This document shows positions 59,524 through 64,000 of a stretch of 64,000 nt of DNA, piece after piece; position 1 is the first letter of the stretch, and every line of letters starts with the position of its first letter. This stretch comes from Cyanobacteria bacterium P01_D01_bin.156 (GTDB taxonomy: Bacteria; Cyanobacteriota; Cyanobacteriia; Phormidesmidales; Phormidesmidaceae), in assembly GCA_039024555.1 (NCBI GenBank), contig JBCCQQ010000007.1, positions 26,264 through 90,263 on the forward strand, written 5' to 3'. The notes below the pieces were generated by a model. It ran no database searches. It worked only from the letters and a program-made list of their open reading frames with translations, and was not told where the DNA came from. The position numbers and the translations under genes are program-made.

Positions 59524-60687
59524 TTGGGGATAGCTGTGCTGCAAGACATCTACAAATTTAGCTGGTTACCATTGCTATTTCAGCGCTTGAATGCTGATCC
59601 TGAAAAAGTGCATGGACAAACCATCGAGGCATTGGCCTGGATAGGGCAGTCTCCCCTGGCAGCCCCCTGGTGGAGTCAGCCTGCTCGACGTTTTGCTCAA
59701 GCTTGGTGTCAGAATAGCTTTCAGATAGCCTCTCCTCGTCTGAGTCAAACCCTTTGGCAAAAGACTTTTGCTAACCCTCTAGGTTTGGCAGCGGGTTTTG
59801 ATAAAGATGGTGTGGCTGCAGCCAGCTGGTCGCTGATGGGGTTTGGATTTGCTGAACTAGGTACAGTGACCTGTCAGGCCCAGCCCGGGAATCCTCAACC
59901 GCGTCTGTTTCGACTGCCCCAAGACCAAGCAGCACTCAATCGCATGGGGTTTAATAATCGCGGGTCTGCTGCTCTGGCTGAACGGCTAAAGCCGCTACCG
60001 TTGTCGGCGGATTTTCCTAGGGGAATCAATTTAGGAAAGTCTAAGGTGACGCCTCTGGACCAGGCTGCGGGAGATTATCTGAAAAGTTTTCAGAGGTTAC
60101 AGGGTCTGGGCGATTATTTTGTGGTTAATGTGTCTTCCCCGAATACGCCGGGATTGCGATCGCTCCAGACCCGCTCCCAACTAGAACCTATCCTAGCGAC
60201 TCTACAGACCGCTAATACCCAGCGAAAACCACTGCTGATAAAAATTGCACCCGATCTGGCTTGGGAAGACATCGACGACATTCTAGAGCTCGCTCAACAG
60301 CATCACCTAGCAGGCATCATTGCGACCAACACCACCATTGCTAAGGAGCAATTAGCCACCAAGCGATTGGATAAGACTGGCAATCTGGTGGCTGATGAAG
60401 CTGGAGGCATTAGCGGTGCTCCTGTGCGACAGCGTTCCACAGAGGTTATTCGCCATATCCACAAAAAGACTCAAGGGCAGCTACCTATCGTAGGTGTAGG
60501 CGGCATTTTCACCGCCGATGATGCCTGGGGAAAAATTACTGCTGGAGCTTCCCTGCTACAGGTTTACACCGGCTGGGTGTATGAAGGCCCATGGATGGTG
60601 AAGACTATCTTGAAAGGCTTGTTACAAAAGCTAGATGAACACGGCCTAGATAACATTCAGGATGCCATCGGCTTGGATAACCTCTAG
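59524..60687 (+). CDS. pyrD: Quinone-dependent dihydroorotate dehydrogenase (class 2)
   Basis: NPLGLAAGFDKDG, QPGNPQPRLFRL, LNRMGFNN, INLGKSK, VNVSSPNTPGLR, KIAPD, ATNTT, GGISG. Start is TTG 59524 or GTG 59536. Confidence 0.97.
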   Translation: MGIAVLQDIYKFSWLPLLFQRLNADPEKVHGQTIEALAWIGQSPLAAPWWSQPARRFAQAWCQNSFQIASPRLSQTLWQKTFANPLGLAAGFDKDGVAAASWSLMGFGFAELGTVTCQAQPGNPQPRLFRLPQDQAALNRMGFNNRGSAALAERLKPLPLSADFPRGINLGKSKVTPLDQAAGDYLKSFQRLQGLGDYFVVNVSSPNTPGLRSLQTRSQLEPILATLQTANTQRKPLLIKIAPDLAWEDIDDILELAQQHHLAGIIATNTTIAKEQLATKRLDKTGNLVADEAGGISGAPVRQRSTEVIRHIHKKTQGQLPIVGVGGIFTADDAWGKITAGASLLQVYTGWVYEGPWMVKTILKGLLQKLDEHGLDNIQDAIGLDNL

Positions 60688-60836
60688 CACTGGGTTTAGG
60701 TATGAAACCCAACAATTAAAAGTATCTCGATGCTATCAAGATAAAAAATAACCATCCCAACAGCTGAAAGTTTCAGGATGTTGGGTTAAGGATAATTTTG
60801 CCAAATGCCGTAAGCCCTGTATAAGTTCAACGCAAC

Positions 60837-61661
60837 CTACAGAAGTTTGTCCAATCCATATAGCAAGGATTTTAGGGGCAAAATTTTACGGATACACAGC
60901 AGTACACCAGGCATAAAACACACGCGGTCCATGGCATCGTGGCGCAGGGTATAGACCTGACCTGGGGCACCAAACATAATTTCCTGATGAGCCACCAACC
61001 CCGGTAGACGCACACTGTGGATATTAATCTCTGCTTCGGTGGTACCGCCCCGTGCCCCCTTTAAACTTTCTGTTTCCTCCACCTGGGATGGATTAAAGGA
61101 TTGTTTCACTTCCTGCAGCATCTGAGCTGTCTTGACCGCCGTGCCGCTGGGGGCATCTGCCTTACGATTATGATGCAGCTCAATAATTTCCACATGATCA
61201 AAATACTCAGCCGCTTTCAGTGCCGCCTGCTGCATCAAGATTACTCCAATGGCAAAGTTAGGAATTATTAGGCAGCCCACGCTAGCCTTTTCTGCAAATT
61301 CCGCCAGTTCAATAATTTGTTCCGGTGTTAACCCGGTCGTACCTACTACTGGACGTACCCCATAGGCAATGGCTGCCCGCACCTGCTCATAGATTTTGGC
61401 AGGGTGGGTGACATCCACCATGACCGCATTACCTTCGCTTTGGGCCATTACTAGGGTTGCTTCTAAATCCATCGTCACCGGCACCTCTAGAGGTCCACAG
61501 CCAGCGATTTCGCCAATATCTTGGCCAACGGCCTCCGGTTTACGATCCACGGCACCGACCAATTTCATATCTTCGGCAGTTGCGATCGCCTTAACAATTT
61601 CACGACCCATTCTGCCCATAGCACCATTAACCACGACAGGAATTTGGGGCTGACTGCTCAT
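60837..61661 (-). CDS. dapB: 4-hydroxy-tetrahydrodipicolinate reductase
   Basis: [53 protein letters not shown]. Confidence 0.98.
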   Translation of the reverse strand: MSSQPQIPVVVNGAMGRMGREIVKAIATAEDMKLVGAVDRKPEAVGQDIGEIAGCGPLEVPVTMDLEATLVMAQSEGNAVMVDVTHPAKIYEQVRAAIAYGVRPVVGTTGLTPEQIIELAEFAEKASVGCLIIPNFAIGVILMQQAALKAAEYFDHVEIIELHHNRKADAPSGTAVKTAQMLQEVKQSFNPSQVEETESLKGARGGTTEAEINIHSVRLPGLVAHQEIMFGAPGQVYTLRHDAMDRVCFMPGVLLCIRKILPLKSLLYGLDKLL

Positions 61662-62070
61662 AACTCTTCTGGTACGGGAGTACAGTCAGATATCTTACAA
61701 CCGGACTACGTAACTTTGAGTTTTAAGTTCTGGATTTTCAGCTATCTAAGCAGATTGATTAGACCTTAGCGATCTCAAAGCCATAGTTTCAAAATCAAAA
61801 CTTCAGCTGCTAGTGATTTAGGAAACAAAACAATTTGTAGCCACTTTCAAGGTGCAGAAGTTAATAGCTAAGAGCATCCCAAGGATCAGCAACACTTAAC
61901 TCAATATTCAAAATTCCCTTATCGGCTTCTTATCGTTAATAATTAAACCTGCACTGCTGATTTCAGCCAAAACCAACATCAGAAATCCTGGCACGTATCC
62001 ATCGATTTCAGCTTGGTTTAACCCATAAATCAGTGTGGGCAATATGTTCATCTTGCCAGGGTCGAAGCGG

Positions 62071-62988
62071 ATGCTAGCAAATCTATTAGCGATTGTGGTT
62101 GGCTTAGGGAGCCTAGGATTTTATCTAGTGGCATTTATCCTGCCCGAAGTCCATCGTCGGTCCGACTTTTTCTGGAGCGGTGTCGGCATGTTCTATGCCG
62201 TGGTGCTCTGGTCCTGTGCCAGACAGATGCAAGGGGCCGTATTACTGGGCCAAACCGCATCAGTCGGTTTGGTCCTATGGCTAGGCTATCAAACGCTTCT
62301 ATTACGACGGGAGACCACACCAACTGCTCAGCAAACTCCGATCCGGTTAGGTAAAGGTGAGCGTAGTCGCACAGCTAGCCGTCCCATTGCTAAAGACTAT
62401 GAATTTGTAGAAGACGGTGTTGAGGATGCCATTGAGGAAGAAGAAGATCCAGATGCTCCTGTACTGATTAAATCGACAGCAGACGAATTTGCGCCCAAAA
62501 TTGTTGTTCCTGCAGCAATTCTCCAAACTACTGCTAAGACAGGTTCTACACAAGAAAACATTCCAGATTCTCCACCTGTTCTAGAAACATCCACTCCACC
62601 AAAATCAGCTAAAAAGCACGAAAGGCCTAATCCTGTTGCTGCCGTTGGCATTCTAGTTAATTGGATTAAAGAAGTAGCCACTCCAAATAAAAAAGAGCCT
62701 CAACCCATGATTGAGCTACCACCCAGGCCACCGTCTATCCCTAAAAAAGAACAAATTACAGAAACAATCACTCCGAAAGACAATGAGCCTTCCTCATTGG
62801 AGGATAAACCGTTATCAACAACAGAAGCAGGAAATACACCATCTGCATTATTGACTGATAAGGAATCATACAAGGGGTCTGAAGCCGACAATAGCCATAC
62901 CGGCCCTGATGCTGTATCTCCCACAGTGACCAAACCAACAGAGCAAGAAGAAGATAGCAACTGGCCGGATGATGAATTTTGGGAGTAA
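62071..62988 (+). CDS. ycf66: Ycf66 family protein with a long acidic/Pro-rich extension
   Basis: LGFYLVAFILPEVHRRSDFFWSGVGMFYAVVLW.C....GAVLLGQ.ASV.L..WLG.QTL..RR. ATG 62071 preferred over GTG 62035. Confidence 0.85.
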   Translation: MLANLLAIVVGLGSLGFYLVAFILPEVHRRSDFFWSGVGMFYAVVLWSCARQMQGAVLLGQTASVGLVLWLGYQTLLLRRETTPTAQQTPIRLGKGERSRTASRPIAKDYEFVEDGVEDAIEEEEDPDAPVLIKSTADEFAPKIVVPAAILQTTAKTGSTQENIPDSPPVLETSTPPKSAKKHERPNPVAAVGILVNWIKEVATPNKKEPQPMIELPPRPPSIPKKEQITETITPKDNEPSSLEDKPLSTTEAGNTPSALLTDKESYKGSEADNSHTGPDAVSPTVTKPTEQEEDSNWPDDEFWE

Positions 62989-62994
62989 CTTTTT

Positions 62995-63159
62995 ATGGTG
63001 TCTTATACCAGTGGTTGTCAATGTGGCAAAACTCGCTACGAGATTCAGGCAGAGGCGCTAACACTTGATACTTGCACTGTATCGAAAGCCAAAAACAATC
63101 CTCTAGAGCTCTCTAAAGAGTTTGAAGAGATTTATAAGAGATATCAACGAAGCAGATAA
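62995..63159 (+). pseudogene. Frameshifted, truncated GFA/CENP-V family remnant
   Basis: MVSYTSGCQCGKTRYEIQAEALTLDTC. Restoring one base (TGC [C]AC TGT) gives C-H-C-I-E-S-Q-K-Q-S-S, matching the GFA CHC..CQK motif. Similarity is lost after about 40 codons. Confidence 0.65.
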
Positions 63160-63160
63160 G

Positions 63161-63215
63161 GAATCGACAATTTAATAACGCCCATAATATCGATACATTA
63201 TTAAATTGTCGATTC
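63161..63215. terminator. Perfect 18-bp inverted repeat downstream of ycf66 / GFA remnant
   Basis: GAATCGACAATTTAATAA-(19 nt)-TTATTAAATTGTCGATTC. Confidence 0.5.
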
Positions 63216-63637
63216 TAAGCCTCTTGTGAGCGCGAAGTATATTTTCCAAGCTAATGAAGTGCCCGATTAACTAAATGCCCATGCAATCAACATTTCAAAC
63301 CTTATCATTTTTGAGAATCCCTCAATCTTGAAAACTGTGGGTTTGAATCCATTCTCTTTTAGGGATAAATAAAATAGAATCATTGTTATCTAATAGCCAA
63401 TGAGCCTTATCTTGTAGCAAATCTGCATTCACACGAAGAATGACGTTACAGAATCTATTTCATAGAAACATCTTGTTTTTATAAAGTTTTACAGGTGTTC
63501 AAAAAGATATGGGTGATAGCCCTAAGGGTTAAAATACCGCGTCAAATGACCTTGTTCTCAGTATTTTCTCTAATTATAGTCAGATTTATTTATGGGCACA
63601 ATTAGCCAATAAGACTGAGGAAGAAAAATCAAGAATT

Positions 63638-64000
63638 ATGGGAGCTGCGGTCGCCATATCAAACACCCTTGTTTCCGAGCTAGATAAGAAAATGCAGCTA
63701 GCGAAAGAGGAACAACTAACGGGCGTACTGTCGTTTAAACGTGAAGATACTCCCCAGTGGCGTCTATATTTCTTAGCAGGTCAGCTTGCATGGGCAAGTA
63801 CACGCACTCATGCAAGGCGTCGTTGGTATCGCCAGCTGCTCAAGTATCGGCCGGATTTAATTAGATATGGACTCAGTGCCTACCCTGACTGGACCTATAA
63901 CCGATTGGCTCGATTAGTTGTTTGCAAGAAATTTAATCGAGAAATTTTTTCGGATATTGTGTCTGGCTACATTGCAGAAGTACTGTTTGATCTACAACGA
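63638..64000 (+). CDS. Second PatA-type regulator (PATAN domain), 3'-truncated by the window edge; missing from the ORF track
   Basis: My translation: MGAAVAISNTLVSELDKKMQLAKEEQLTGVLSFKREDTPQWRLYFLAGQLAWASTRTHARRRWYRQLLKYRP...KKFNREIFSDIVSGYIAEVLFDLQR. It aligns by eye with the 6911 ORF (FTGILS..W.IYFLAGQIVW..RWHRQL..KKFDRRRFCDIVAGYISENLFD). Confidence 0.88.
   Translation, partial: MGAAVAISNTLVSELDKKMQLAKEEQLTGVLSFKREDTPQWRLYFLAGQLAWASTRTHARRRWYRQLLKYRPDLIRYGLSAYPDWTYNRLARLVVCKKFNREIFSDIVSGYIAEVLFDLQR

Noticed and set aside
1-64000. CRISPR array, tRNA/rRNA, intact transposase or integrase, prophage
   Set aside because: I saw no regularly spaced 25-45 bp repeats with unique spacers, no cloverleaf or rRNA signatures, and no DDE, tyrosine- or serine-recombinase ORFs. 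This was by eye only; tRNAscan and Infernal were not run.

Overview
Chromosomal window from a filamentous cyanobacterium. Support: psb28, ndhB and ycf66 genes, at least 19 HIP1 (GCGATCGC) sites, and cyanobacteriochrome (CBCR) GAF domains. A Leptolyngbya/Nodosilinea-like lineage is my inference only. The left ~40 kb is accessory and signalling-rich: a 5'-truncated haemagglutinin-like CHAT protein, a bacterial dynamin-like protein divergent from a DnaJ-TPR membrane protein, a complete PatA-CheY-CheW-MCP-CheA-CheW (tax/pix-type) cluster whose soluble receptor carries a near-identical 546-bp duplication of a DXCF CBCR GAF, a MepA-like murein endopeptidase, a secreted alpha-amylase, a Ser/Thr kinase-WD40, a stand-alone DXCF GAF, a catalytically eroded adenylate kinase fused to thioredoxin, a TPR-CHAT protease, two SGNH proteins, a MacAB-type exporter and a PAS histidine kinase. 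The right ~24 kb is mostly core: exbB-exbD-exbD, mog/moaB, psb28, an SLH protein, ytxH-DUF948-TPM, DUF3352, topA, ndhB, a multi-GAF pseudo-kinase, pyrD, dapB and ycf66. It ends in a second PatA-like gene cut by the window edge and missed by the ORF track. I saw no rRNA, tRNA, CRISPR array or intact transposase. There are two small gene remnants and several hairpin or short dispersed repeats. All family calls come from motif recognition by eye, with no database search. The strongest candidates for new biology are the pseudo-Adk-thioredoxin fusion, the duplicated Cys-Leu DXCF photoreceptor and the dynamin/J-protein pair.
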